Below, one piece after another: positions 6,866 through 15,424 of a DNA stretch of 62,162 nt. The stretch is taken from positions 1 through 62,162 of IMG/VR virus record IMGVR_UViG_3300027963_002897; one strand, 5' to 3'. The translations under genes and the position numbers were made by a program. Below the pieces are notes generated by a model that saw nothing but the letters and a program-made list of their open reading frames with translations, was not told the DNA's origin and made no database searches. This DNA is from a virus. Its lineage: Duplodnaviria; Caudoviricetes. How positions within the stretch are numbered: position 1 is the stretch's first letter; every line of letters starts with the position of its first letter.

Positions 6866-6982
6866 GGTGCTCGCTGTTGGAATCGAACCAAACTGTTTAA
6901 CTCCGTATCTTCCTGGGGGCATTCACCTTTAGTCGACTTCGGGCTACTTGACACGATCCAGTGTAGTTAAACTTCAGCAAGC
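6866..6982 (-). ncRNA. tRNA-like ncRNA (8-bp acceptor, 4-bp T stem, no D arm)
   Basis: GCTTGCTG/CAGCGAGC-ACC, TTGG TTCGATT CCAA, GTTTAACT/AGTTAAAC stem enclosing ~60 nt. Confidence 0.6.
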
Positions 6983-6987
6983 ATAAT

Positions 6988-7062
6988 TGGTACTCGGTAC
7001 GAGAATCGAACTCGTCTTTCCGCCTTGAAAGGGCAGCGTCCTAACCGATAGACGAACCGAGC
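6988..7062 (-). tRNA. tRNA-Glu(UUC)
   Basis: Cloverleaf, loop CTTTCAA, CCA. Confidence 0.94.
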
Positions 7063-7070
7063 AAATTGTT

Positions 7071-7145
7071 TGGCTCCAGAGGCAGGGATCGAACCTACGA
7101 CCAATTGATTAACAGTCAACTGCACTACCGCTGTGCTACTCTGGA
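7071..7145 (-). tRNA. tRNA-Asn(GUU)
   Basis: Cloverleaf, loop CTGTTAA, CCA. Confidence 0.95.
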
Positions 7146-7153
7146 ATAATACT

Positions 7154-7230
7154 TGGCGGAAAAGACGGGACTCGAACCCGCGACTTCCTGCGTGACAGGC
7201 AGGCACTCTAACCAACTGAGCTACTTCTCC
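7154..7230 (-). tRNA. tRNA-Asp(GUC)
   Basis: Cloverleaf, loop CTGTCAC, CCA. Confidence 0.95.
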
Positions 7231-7236
7231 TAAACT

Positions 7237-7325
7237 TGGTGGAAGTGGTTGGATTCGAACCAACAATGTTTCTTATGTGGCGGATTTACAGTCCGTTGCC
7301 TTCAACCAATTCAGCACACACTTCC
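7237..7325 (-). tRNA. tRNA-Tyr(GUA)
   Basis: Long variable arm, loop CTGTAAA, CCA. Confidence 0.93.
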
Positions 7326-7334
7326 ATTGAAATA

Positions 7335-7363
7335 ATTATAACACACTCCCGGCCGTTTGTCAA
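7335..7363 (-). promoter_or_regulatory. consensus sigma70 promoter of the tRNA array
   Basis: TTGACA-17 nt-TATAAT with extended -10 TG, about 10 nt upstream of tRNA-Tyr. Confidence 0.85.
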
Positions 7364-7406
7364 CAACCCGATAACAACTATGTTGTTAATTTAAGGAATG
7401 TGTGTA

Positions 7407-8030
7407 TTAAAGCGCACTGATAAATTTATAATACAAATCTGCTATCATTGTGTGTCCTTCTTTCGAAGGATGTCTACAAGGTAAAAACAAACGATTATCA
7501 TGTAATGAATCAAGATATGTAATTGGACCCATGCCGTCTATTGAAAAAAATCTTGTGTCGTTTGTAAAATCACTGCACATTATAGGATTTATATTTTGTA
7601 AATTCTTAATGTTTTCTGCTGTCGAATACACAAACTTGCATTTTAATTTATTCTTTAGGTATGTGTTTAGTGAAACTAGATTAGCTAGGCTAACTTCGTC
7701 TGAATAAAATCGTATGTAATAATCTTCAAACTCTTTGTATTGCGGCATTACAGTTTTAGAAAGATCGTTGCACCAGCCACGATTAATAAAACTATATTGT
7801 ACAATTACCAAATCGTTTTCTTGAATATTGTTGGATACGATATCTTGCATAACTTTACGAAAGATATGATGATTTGATCCACCTGGCCAACTTCTATTAA
7901 CAAACTCTAAATTAAGTTTGTCTGCAAGTGCAACACCAAACGAATTATCATCAATCCAGTTATCGTTGCTAGGATTTTTGGCTGTGCCAAATTTACCAAA
8001 GCTGCAAGCATATAAGAATAGTTTATCCAT
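7407..8030 (-). CDS. SGNH/GDSL-like hypothetical protein
   Basis: ACSF block I-like, N-x-S-x-PGGSN, C-terminal HPSKEGH. Confidence 0.6.
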   Translation of the reverse strand: MDKLFLYACSFGKFGTAKNPSNDNWIDDNSFGVALADKLNLEFVNRSWPGGSNHHIFRKVMQDIVSNNIQENDLVIVQYSFINRGWCNDLSKTVMPQYKEFEDYYIRFYSDEVSLANLVSLNTYLKNKLKCKFVYSTAENIKNLQNINPIMCSDFTNDTRFFSIDGMGPITYLDSLHDNRLFLPCRHPSKEGHTMIADLYYKFISAL

Positions 8031-8189
8031 ATGCTATGATAACATAAAAAAGCAGACATGTCAATACGCTTTAATACGATCTGATTTTTCGTCCCACACA
8101 AGGGATTCCATCCTAGTCGCCGCCCGTTTGCTCCATGTTTAAAGTGCGGAGCCAGGACCTCGTTCCCTGTATATTCACACTTTGTGCTA

Positions 8190-8354
8190 TTAGTTTACAC
8201 TAAACGTTGGTGCTTTCGCTAACGCTTGGTGATACCGTGTAGCACGATCAAACTTATCTTGAATAAGTTTTTGAAGTTGCTCTTTTGTAAGAACTGCTTC
8301 ATAAGCCTGTTCAACGACACGTTCATTTAACTTTGTATAATCTATCTGTTTCAT
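8190..8354 (-). CDS. small hypothetical protein (54 aa, not in ORF track)
   Basis: MKQIDYTKLNERVVEQAYEA...SVN*, AAGGA SD. Confidence 0.6.
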   Translation of the reverse strand: MKQIDYTKLNERVVEQAYEAVLTKEQLQKLIQDKFDRATRYHQALAKAPTFSVN

Positions 8355-8366
8355 TTTTTCCTTTAT

Positions 8367-8403
8367 AAAAACAAAAACCCTAGGGTTTTTAATCCTAGGG
8401 TCC
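8367..8403 (-). terminator. intrinsic terminator of putative attenuator
   Basis: ACCCTAGG-loop-CCTAGGGT followed by TTTTGTTTTT. Confidence 0.7.
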
Positions 8404-8434
8404 TTGAAGTTTTGAAATGTTTCTAAGTTGTTAC

Positions 8435-8581
8435 TTAGTCATCCCATCCCTCCCGGACCCTGGTAATCTCTGTTGGTAAACGATCATTTGATAGACTATT
8501 AATCGCTAGCCAATAAGAGGGCATAAAGCCTCCCACCTGGGCTATGGATTTACAGTTTCTATGTAATGATACGTTTTGCAT
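8435..8581 (-). CDS. putative leader peptide (48 aa, not in ORF track)
   Basis: MQNVSLHRNCKSIAQVGGFMPSYWLAINSLSNDRLPTEITRVREGWDD*, between promoter and terminator. Confidence 0.5.
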   Translation of the reverse strand: MQNVSLHRNCKSIAQVGGFMPSYWLAINSLSNDRLPTEITRVREGWDD

Positions 8582-8612
8582 TTGTTTCTCTCTAATTCCT
8601 TAGTATGTTTCT

Positions 8613-8641
8613 ATTGTAACACCTTGTTTCACTGTTGTCAA
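8613..8641 (-). promoter_or_regulatory. sigma70-type promoter
   Basis: TTGACA-17 nt-TACAAT. Confidence 0.75.
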
Positions 8642-8753
8642 CCACTATTTGTTTTTTTGAACAAATGATTATCAACAACATGTGTATATTATATTGTCAG
8701 TTTATTTAGCTGTCAATGATTATTTCGCACTCAAATGTGGCTTTTTTGCAACA

Positions 8754-9008
8754 TTATTCTACAAACGATTCTTGCGAGATTAGTAAGTGCTTACCAATTT
8801 CAAAAAGACCAATACTGCCTGGAAGATCCATTGCACTAACGTGTATCTGTGCAATGCCATCGTCATCTAGACTACAGGCTACAAATTCTTTTATCTCTCC
8901 TGCCTCGACTGCATTTCTCATATACTCGAGAACATGAAGCATAGATTGTTTTTGTTCTTCTGCTTGAAGTTCATCTTTACGCTTTGGATTGATACTTACA
9001 ATTTCCAT
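8754..9008 (-). CDS. hypothetical protein
   Basis: 84-aa ORF with GAGG SD. Confidence 0.75.
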   Translation of the reverse strand: MEIVSINPKRKDELQAEEQKQSMLHVLEYMRNAVEAGEIKEFVACSLDDDGIAQIHVSAMDLPGSIGLFEIGKHLLISQESFVE

Positions 9009-9015
9009 AACATCC

Positions 9016-9588
9016 TCATTCTAAAATATAATCGGCTGCACCGTGTTCAATCATTTCGTGTGCTGTCATATATACATCGGTTGGTGGTAAAAGTCTTTTC
9101 TTAATATACGTTGGTGCTTTGCCTGTGGCTGCGACTAACACATTTGTCATACTGACATTCAGCATGTCGTTCTCTTTCATTTCGGCTTTGAGATCGTGAT
9201 ACTTGGCATCGCCGCCGCCACCTGCAAATTGATGACACATACAACTGGTATTCTGTGCAAGATAGCGTTCGCCTTTAGATCCAGATGCTGCAATTAAAAA
9301 TGCTGCACTCATTACAGTACCTATTCCAATTGTGCGTATTGGATATTCACTGCTATTCATAATGTCTATTAACGCCAATGCTTGATATAAATCACCGCCT
9401 GTGCTGTTAATGTACAGTGTTAGAAGTTTTTCAGCTTTAGTGTCAAGATTCTCGTAGGTGATCCATTTGATACACTTGGCAATATTTTCGGCTTCTATCT
9501 CGCCCGTAAGGAAAAATACCGAGTTTTTTAGTAGTGTGATGTCAATGCGATCATCTGCATTAAATTCTTCAATTTTACGGGCGGCCAT
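9016..9588 (-). CDS. clpP: ClpP-like protease proteolytic subunit
   Basis: LYINSTGG, VMSAAF nucleophile Ser, MCHQ His, DVYM Asp. Confidence 0.85.
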   Translation of the reverse strand: MAARKIEEFNADDRIDITLLKNSVFFLTGEIEAENIAKCIKWITYENLDTKAEKLLTLYINSTGGDLYQALALIDIMNSSEYPIRTIGIGTVMSAAFLIAASGSKGERYLAQNTSCMCHQFAGGGGDAKYHDLKAEMKENDMLNVSMTNVLVAATGKAPTYIKKRLLPPTDVYMTAHEMIEHGAADYILE

Positions 9589-9637
9589 TTATGCTCCAAT
9601 TATACTTTACTTATCTAAATAATAGCATATTATATAT

Positions 9638-10009
9638 CTAGAAAACACCCACAATCCAACCGATAATCAAAATGTATGTTAGATAGTGTAGGGCTTGATC
9701 CGCCCCAAGCAAAAGCCAAAACTCACGATCAGCAGGAGTATACCCTTTATTCAATTGTTGTTTAGTCCAATCAATATGATAATGTAATATACCATCTACT
9801 AGTGCAGGAAGAATTCCTAACATTCCAAAAATTGGAAGCAAGATAAACCAAGTTCCTACAGCATGATAGGCTGCATGATCAATTCCGCCACGAGCTCCAT
9901 AAATTCCTTTTTCTGCAACCATATAAGAAAATTGGAGAGAAAAATCACATATGAAATGTTTAATTCCAAACAGAGCCAACAACAGAATAATCAACTCAGC
10001 TTCATTCAT
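9638..10009 (-). CDS. DUF3307-like membrane protein
   Basis: HFICDF, HYHID, DQALH motifs; hydrophobic helices. Confidence 0.75.
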   Translation of the reverse strand: MNEAELIILLLALFGIKHFICDFSLQFSYMVAEKGIYGARGGIDHAAYHAVGTWFILLPIFGMLGILPALVDGILHYHIDWTKQQLNKGYTPADREFWLLLGADQALHYLTYILIIGWIVGVF

Positions 10010-10275
10010 CTCCAAACGCCCCATTGATTGTCCCAATGTCTAGTATCGTAGACACTGAGCTCTAAAGCATATCCAAATAGTCCAATCATTAAGAATAGGC
10101 CCGGATGATCAATTTTACCCTGTCTTAATTCAAAATTAAAATCAACAACTTGATGTGTAGCGTATCCGTTAAATTCCCAAGCCTTAGTTGCTGAAAAAAG
10201 TAAGCCGTGTTTACAGAACAGTGTTCGCCACCGAGTACTCCACGGCCAATCTATTTTAAAATTGAGTGTTATCAT
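10006..10275 (-). CDS. hypothetical protein
   Basis: ORF in ATGA-coupled run. Confidence 0.7.
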   Translation of the reverse strand: MITLNFKIDWPWSTRWRTLFCKHGLLFSATKAWEFNGYATHQVVDFNFELRQGKIDHPGLFLMIGLFGYALELSVYDTRHWDNQWGVWR

Positions 10276-10457
10276 TCTGATATAGGTCTAAATCGTTGTA
10301 AAAAACTTTCTAGGTAACAACTGTATTCACGATTTAATTCGTGATCTTGAACATTTTCTTTAATATAATGTACCCAGGTATGGCCTTCAAGTTCTATCAC
10401 GTGAATAACGTGAAATTTATCATCGCCGCCTGTCCACTTTGATCCTTCTTTGACCAT
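10272..10457 (-). CDS. hypothetical protein
   Basis: Start reset to MVKEGSKW with GGAG SD. Confidence 0.65.
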   Translation of the reverse strand: MVKEGSKWTGGDDKFHVIHVIELEGHTWVHYIKENVQDHELNREYSCYLESFLQRFRPISE

Positions 10458-10465
10458 ACGCTCTC

Positions 10466-10870
10466 CTATTTGAAAGTTTCTAATGCATCTGTATCTACAT
10501 TCTCTACCATATGTATCATTAATCGATAAGCATCCCAAGCAGTCTTGACTGAATGGTTGTCACTAATCACAGTTGGAAACATATCTACCCACACTGCATT
10601 TTCTGGCTGACGATGACGATGCAGTCCTTGTCTACGTGGTTGCAGTATTTTATTTGTTTTCCAAAGATCCAAAGCTACAGATTGACATGCCGCTTCATCT
10701 AAACCGTAAAGATAATCATCATCACGATACATGTATTGTTCTATTACATTGGCAAGTTGTGGTTCGTCGTGAATAGATGTAGCGGCGATAATAAATGCCA
10801 CATCGTTAATACTCACATTGCCTTTAACAATATCACGGACGCAACGGCCCAAACTAAATCCGATTTTCAT
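10466..10870 (-). CDS. hypothetical protein
   Basis: 134-aa ORF directly after promoter. Confidence 0.75.
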   Translation of the reverse strand: MKIGFSLGRCVRDIVKGNVSINDVAFIIAATSIHDEPQLANVIEQYMYRDDDYLYGLDEAACQSVALDLWKTNKILQPRRQGLHRHRQPENAVWVDMFPTVISDNHSVKTAWDAYRLMIHMVENVDTDALETFK

Positions 10871-10897
10871 GTGTAATCTTTCTTAATTGTATAATAC

Positions 10898-10926
10898 ATT
10901 ATAACATCATTCTGTGGTAAAGTCAA
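10898..10926 (-). promoter_or_regulatory. sigma70-type promoter
   Basis: TTGACT-17 nt-TATAAT. Confidence 0.75.
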
Positions 10927-10932
10927 TAAGTG

Positions 10933-11190
10933 TTATAGCCATCTTAGTGTAAAATTAACAGCGTCGACGGAATTTTCAAATATGAATTCACTTCCCTTTC
11001 TCTCATAATGATTCTTACAGTTTTTTTCAACCCATTCAAGAACGTCGACAGCCTGTTCTCGATTTTTGAATCTAGGAAGCAGTGTTCGTGTCCAGCCCAT
11101 TCCCACCAGCATACCCCAAAGTATCTCTTTGTCTATTTCACTTTGCATCTGTGTGCCAAGTTCATCTATGATTTGTTTTTCTAAGTTCAT
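10933..11190 (-). CDS. small paralog-family protein
   Basis: C-terminal FIFENSVDAVNFTLRWL. Confidence 0.7.
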   Translation of the reverse strand: MNLEKQIIDELGTQMQSEIDKEILWGMLVGMGWTRTLLPRFKNREQAVDVLEWVEKNCKNHYERKGSEFIFENSVDAVNFTLRWL

Positions 11191-11447
11191 AGCCATCTTA
11201 ATTGAAATAATGTTACTTCAGTGTCGTCATGTATGTAAACAGTCCACATGGGATCCCCGCTGTTAAATCGATGTGTAACATCCGCAGTAGGACACATGCG
11301 ACTCATCCATTCTTCAAATTCAGTATCATCTTCAGGATAGACCCAACAGTACCAACCACGCGGCACACATATTTCTCCAAAGCGATTTCCGGGATTGATA
11401 GGCTTGGTGCCGTCATCAAAGCGCCAATAATTTACAATAGTTTTCAT
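11187..11447 (-). CDS. small paralog-family protein
   Basis: C-terminal VYIHDDTEVTLFQLRWL. Confidence 0.7.
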   Translation of the reverse strand: MKTIVNYWRFDDGTKPINPGNRFGEICVPRGWYCWVYPEDDTEFEEWMSRMCPTADVTHRFNSGDPMWTVYIHDDTEVTLFQLRWL

Positions 11448-11713
11448 GACCATTTCATCGCAAACATCATTGCGTCTTCTGCATTTTCAAAATACCAAAC
11501 CCTACCTTCTTCTGCACTTAAATCGCGGAATTTGTTTTGACAGTTTTCTAAACACCAGGTAAGTTTTTCTGAAAATTCTATGTCGTTGTTTATAAGAACA
11601 GAATGATATGATGCCAATAACTCCATAAGTCGGATATCACCTTTTAGTACCTGTTCTGCTTTCATTGCTTTGAACAGTGTACTGGTTCTTGCCTCATATG
11701 GAGTACTGCTCAT
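11444..11713 (-). CDS. small paralog-family protein
   Basis: C-terminal WYFENAEDAMMFAMKWS. Confidence 0.7.
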   Translation of the reverse strand: MSSTPYEARTSTLFKAMKAEQVLKGDIRLMELLASYHSVLINNDIEFSEKLTWCLENCQNKFRDLSAEEGRVWYFENAEDAMMFAMKWS

Positions 11714-12069
11714 TTACCGTGCCTCAACAACCATTCTGTTAATCGAGCGCCTTGCAGTTTTGCAGTGATAGCATATTTGTATCCGTAGTTCATATTGTCA
11801 GCCATTCGATGCCAACAAGGTGTTTCTACAGCGTGTTCCATAATCCATTTACCTTCTGCACTTTCTTGCCATTTGTATAATGGTTCGGCTGCATATAAAT
11901 CTGGATCTTCAACATCGCCCATTGTAAATTCGTGTACTGTGATTTCTCTAGTTTCTTCCACCCTTTCTCCTACCATTGTAAACCGGTATATAGTCTTGGT
12001 GGGTTTTGGTCCTAGAAAAACGTATTCTCGACCGTAGTCGTCTAATTCCCAAAGAATTTTTCTAGCCAT
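11710..12069 (-). CDS. hypothetical protein, possible divergent paralog
   Basis: GDVEDPDLYAAEP; C-terminal TEWLLRHG; start uncertain. Confidence 0.7.
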   Translation of the reverse strand: MARKILWELDDYGREYVFLGPKPTKTIYRFTMVGERVEETREITVHEFTMGDVEDPDLYAAEPLYKWQESAEGKWIMEHAVETPCWHRMADNMNYGYKYAITAKLQGARLTEWLLRHGK

Positions 12070-12536
12070 TCTTTACACTCGGGCCAATCCCTATATACGT
12101 GAGCATGTCCGCCTGCAGATTCCCACTGCTGGCAATTGTCCGTTCTATCATCAATTAATATATCACCAGGTTGGCAGTGCTTCCATTTGTCTGTGCTATA
12201 CGGACCAATGAACACAGGAATATTTGGAAAGTGTTCGTGAGCCCACCATACCTTATCATTTACTGCCCATGGCATATCGTCGCCACGTGGCAACGCTGTT
12301 AGAAATCGTAAGTCAGTTCCAGGATGTGCAGCCACATAGTCACGACACCATTGCACTAACTCATTTGCTCCCTCTTTAAGAGGCAACTCGCGATAGAAAC
12401 GACTATGTTGTTTAAGCCTATTCCAATCTTCCTGCGGAATACGTTCTTCTTTTTTCTTCCATTTCATTTTTAGGAAATCTTGTGCTGAAGTGTACCAATC
12501 AGCTACAACATCGTCCATGTCTAGATATATAATCAT
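12042..12536 (-). CDS. 5'(3')-deoxyribonucleotidase, HAD family
   Basis: YLDMDDV motif I, LTA, K, LIDDR motif IV. Confidence 0.85.
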   Translation of the reverse strand: MIIYLDMDDVVADWYTSAQDFLKMKWKKKEERIPQEDWNRLKQHSRFYRELPLKEGANELVQWCRDYVAAHPGTDLRFLTALPRGDDMPWAVNDKVWWAHEHFPNIPVFIGPYSTDKWKHCQPGDILIDDRTDNCQQWESAGGHAHVYRDWPECKEWLEKFFGN

Positions 12537-12793
12537 TTTAATTTAGTTCCCTCAGATGATCCAAATTTTAACATAAACATCATAGCATCATAATCATCTT
12601 CAAATTGAAAATAAAGTGCATGGTAATGTTCTTCACGCCACAATCCCCTACAGTTAGTTATGCACCATACGGCCATTTCTTCAACCTGGGCAAGTTTTAT
12701 TTCAGAAAAATTTACTCTGTAGGGGAATGTTGCTCTAGCACGAGTAGATAAAATCTCATGGATAGTGCCAATTTTAGTTTTTGCCGTTGCCAT
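12533..12793 (-). CDS. small paralog-family protein
   Basis: C-terminal FQFEDDYDAMMFMLKFG. Confidence 0.7.
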   Translation of the reverse strand: MATAKTKIGTIHEILSTRARATFPYRVNFSEIKLAQVEEMAVWCITNCRGLWREEHYHALYFQFEDDYDAMMFMLKFGSSEGTKLK

Positions 12794-13079
12794 ATTTTAA
12801 CAAAAACATTGTTCGTTTTTCTTCATCGTAAAAATCCAAATGAACAGTATGCTGACTACGCTTGCCTTCGTACCATCCCATATCACCAAACAGATCGTCA
12901 GCCTCTGGAGATTTTACATATTCGGGATCTTTAATGTATTCTCTATGATCTCGAACTGTAAATCCTAAAACTTCTTTCATTTTTGATCTCATGAGATAAA
13001 CAGCAGGTTTTTCCTTCTGCTTGATCTTTAACAGTACATGTTTCCATTCATCTGGAGACATAACTACTGGCTTACTCAT
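12774..13079 (-). CDS. small paralog-family protein
   Basis: C-terminal LDFYDEEKRTMFLLKYG. Confidence 0.7.
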   Translation of the reverse strand: MSKPVVMSPDEWKHVLLKIKQKEKPAVYLMRSKMKEVLGFTVRDHREYIKDPEYVKSPEADDLFGDMGWYEGKRSQHTVHLDFYDEEKRTMFLLKYGNGKN

Positions 13080-13396
13080 GACCAAGTCCTATGATCTTCA
13101 GCTACCCATTCGGCTCCGTCATATTCGCCGATGTGCCATTTCACATCGCCTGGGATTTCAACCAATTTGAGATTGGAGTGAGTACCGTTAGCACCCATGC
13201 CTAGTTCTTTTACAATTTTAACTAGGTAAGGGTCGTCACGAGGAATTTCACGTTCGCTAAAACTTGGATCGGTGATACCTGCTAAGGCTTTGTAATCGTT
13301 GAAAGCACGAGTACTTAAACCAAACCCACCATAGCAGTCATTGATCACCACAGTTCTAAGACCTCGAAGAGCCTCCATGAACTTTTCAGCATCCAT
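13076..13396 (-). CDS. phage hypothetical protein
   Basis: INDCYGGFGLS, RDDPYLV, EYDGAEWV motifs. Confidence 0.75.
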   Translation of the reverse strand: MDAEKFMEALRGLRTVVINDCYGGFGLSTRAFNDYKALAGITDPSFSEREIPRDDPYLVKIVKELGMGANGTHSNLKLVEIPGDVKWHIGEYDGAEWVAEDHRTWS

Positions 13397-13959
13397 TATT
13401 TGCCTTTCTTTTTCTTCTTAGATTTTTTATACGGAATATCATTCAACATGTTGTGTGCATCAATTGCTTCTCTCAACGCAATTTCAACAAGTTGGTTAAA
13501 TGTAATGTCACGTTCGTGTGCTAACTTCATCATAGTGAACATCATGTCGTCGTCTAGAGTAACTTCCATTTGAACACGAGTATCGTAAGCTTCACCGCTG
13601 ATGATGGCACGAGCTTTTTCTAAGAAATCTTCTACAACATCAAGATCAATGTAGTCTACTTCGTCCCATGCCTGATTTCCTAATTCTCCACGATCGTGAC
13701 TTTCTTCATCGTGCTGTGATTTGTAGTCTGGATTAATCATACGATAAGCACGGTTGTTGGTGTAATCGCAGATCTCCACTTCATAGACTGTTTGAAAGTC
13801 TGTATCAAAAATAACATTGGTACTCCAGCCTCCATCGCCGTGAATACCATTCCAAGCACTCAACATATGAGCCTTTGGTCCGTAGCAGTTCCAGCCGTAG
13901 TCACAGCCTTCTGTGATACGATAATTAACTAGTTCAAAATACTGTTGAAGGGTAACCAT
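13396..13959 (-). CDS. hypothetical protein, possible C-terminal ribbon-helix-helix
   Basis: LAHERDITFNQLVEIALR resembles an RHH helix pair. Confidence 0.7.
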   Translation of the reverse strand: MVTLQQYFELVNYRITEGCDYGWNCYGPKAHMLSAWNGIHGDGGWSTNVIFDTDFQTVYEVEICDYTNNRAYRMINPDYKSQHDEESHDRGELGNQAWDEVDYIDLDVVEDFLEKARAIISGEAYDTRVQMEVTLDDDMMFTMMKLAHERDITFNQLVEIALREAIDAHNMLNDIPYKKSKKKKKGK

Positions 13960-13983
13960 GCCAATCCTTTCATTATATAGTAT

Positions 13984-14012
13984 ATTATAGCATCATTCTT
14001 TGGGTTTGTCAA
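13984..14012 (-). promoter_or_regulatory. sigma70-type promoter
   Basis: TTGACA-17 nt-TATAAT with TG extended -10. Confidence 0.8.
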
Positions 14013-14136
14013 CTTCGTTTTGGATTTTCTTTTCTTTATAAACGGGTTCGGGCAAATAAGGAGTGATCACATAGTAATTAGCACTCCACCACCCAATCGC
14101 TGAAAAGAACCCAACGACTATCCATTCTACTATCAT
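13993..14136 (-). CDS. small membrane protein (47 aa, not in ORF track)
   Basis: MIVEWIVVGFFSAIGWWSANYYVITPY..., ATGA-coupled to upstream gene. Confidence 0.55.
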   Translation of the reverse strand: MIVEWIVVGFFSAIGWWSANYYVITPYLPEPVYKEKKIQNEVDKPKE

Positions 14137-14573
14137 TTTGGAACCTCATAAGTTTGGGCGAAAATATCTTTCTTCACTACTCCGTAATCTCCGGAACCGT
14201 GTTTTACAATGTAGTCTTCGCCTGCCTTGTAATTCAAATTGCCCCAGCTGGCTTTTACCACACCGTCGTGATCTGCCAGTTTGGCAATCTTATGGATCTT
14301 CTTAGGAGTAGCAGTTCCGTCTTTATTGTCGTCATAGTAGTCGGCAAACTTTTCTGCACTCACTGGATACTTCTCACCTTTAGGACCTGTAATGATCTTA
14401 TGGCCAGCTTGATAGTCCACAGGACCTTCTAGTGTATCTACAGTACCATTGGCAATGGCAGTTTTATAATGTATTGGAGTAGGATGCTTATAGGTATCAA
14501 AACTTCCTTTGTTAAACCAATCATCGGTAATACCTTCCATTGATTCCACGATGTTGATAAATTCTTTAATCAT
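14133..14573 (-). CDS. PGDYG-like domain protein
   Basis: TLEG...IITGPKGEKYPV and DYIV...GDYGVVKKDIFAQTY internal duplication. Confidence 0.7.
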   Translation of the reverse strand: MIKEFINIVESMEGITDDWFNKGSFDTYKHPTPIHYKTAIANGTVDTLEGPVDYQAGHKIITGPKGEKYPVSAEKFADYYDDNKDGTATPKKIHKIAKLADHDGVVKASWGNLNYKAGEDYIVKHGSGDYGVVKKDIFAQTYEVPK

Positions 14574-15027
14574 TTTGTTTTTCCTTTGTAAGTTCACACA
14601 TTAAAATAAAATGCTCGTAGGCCTTACGAACACCCTCATGCTTCATCAATTTGTCAGCTTCTTCCTGCATGGCCTTTACAGCCGCTTCCGAATGATCTCT
14701 AGCACTACCATAGGTCAACGGACATAGTTCATCGCCAAACTCTTTGGCCAGCTTCTCCCAGGCCTTCTTTTGTCCGGGGGTGATCGGAGTTCGTTGAGGT
14801 TTCATTTCGCTGCTTTTGCGCATGGATTCGCAGATAGCTTCTTCAGCAACACGCCCAGCAGCAATCATAGCGGCATAGTTTGGATCAATATTAAATCTGC
14901 GTGAGGTACCACCCGGATAGCTCATAACCAAGTGTGTGCCTTTGCTAAAACTGTCCAGAAAGTCGTTGTCGTATTCTGCTACAGGCACATACCTGCGTCC
15001 ACGTTTTTCGTAATAGATTTTTTTCAT
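14566..15027 (-). CDS. hypothetical protein
   Basis: Start reset to MKKIYYEK. Confidence 0.75.
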   Translation of the reverse strand: MKKIYYEKRGRRYVPVAEYDNDFLDSFSKGTHLVMSYPGGTSRRFNIDPNYAAMIAAGRVAEEAICESMRKSSEMKPQRTPITPGQKKAWEKLAKEFGDELCPLTYGSARDHSEAAVKAMQEEADKLMKHEGVRKAYEHFILMCELTKEKQND

Positions 15028-15028
15028 T

Positions 15029-15424
15029 TTAATACAGTATTGGTTCGATTGTAGATTCATCTCGAAGAGCCAACATTACCTCTTCTTGTTCTGTAAAAAT
15101 CAATTGGTATTTTTCAAGAATAGCTCTGCGACTGTCTTCATCTAGATGAATCCACTCACTGACTCTGTTGTAACTGCTGTAGGCGTCTGGGGGCATACAA
15201 TCATTAATCCAACCTACCAAACACTTAAATGCTTCTACAGTATTAGCAGGATGGCTGTGTTGCATAGCCGCAAAGAAATCATTGGCTAACAACGAAGTAA
15301 AACAACTGCCAGGCTCGTAGCCATATACCAAATAGTTAGCCATCGGGTCAGCGAAGTCTCGAGGAACATCCCACTTAGAGAATGTTTCGTACAAGCGATT
15401 ACGACTATAAACAGTTATTTTCAT
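15029..15424 (-). CDS. hypothetical protein
   Basis: 131-aa ORF, YLVYGYEPGS motif. Confidence 0.75.
   Translation of the reverse strand: MKITVYSRNRLYETFSKWDVPRDFADPMANYLVYGYEPGSCFTSLLANDFFAAMQHSHPANTVEAFKCLVGWINDCMPPDAYSSYNRVSEWIHLDEDSRRAILEKYQLIFTEQEEVMLALRDESTIEPILY

Noticed and set aside
6228-7266. ORF-track ORFs across the tRNA array (e.g. 6228-6512, 6464-6679, 6967-7266; likewise 2800-2994, 3285-3527, 3332-3517)
   Set aside because: They overlap clear tRNA genes or structured RNAs and have no recognisable protein features
7341-7406. Fourth long-stem spacer RNA
   Set aside because: Pairing ACACACTCC/GGAATGTGT is short and imperfect, and the region is explained by the consensus promoter
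10933-11190. Major capsid protein fragment (SEIDKEIL resembles gp23 EINREI)
   Set aside because: The match is a few residues in an 85-aa protein that otherwise belongs to the local paralog family
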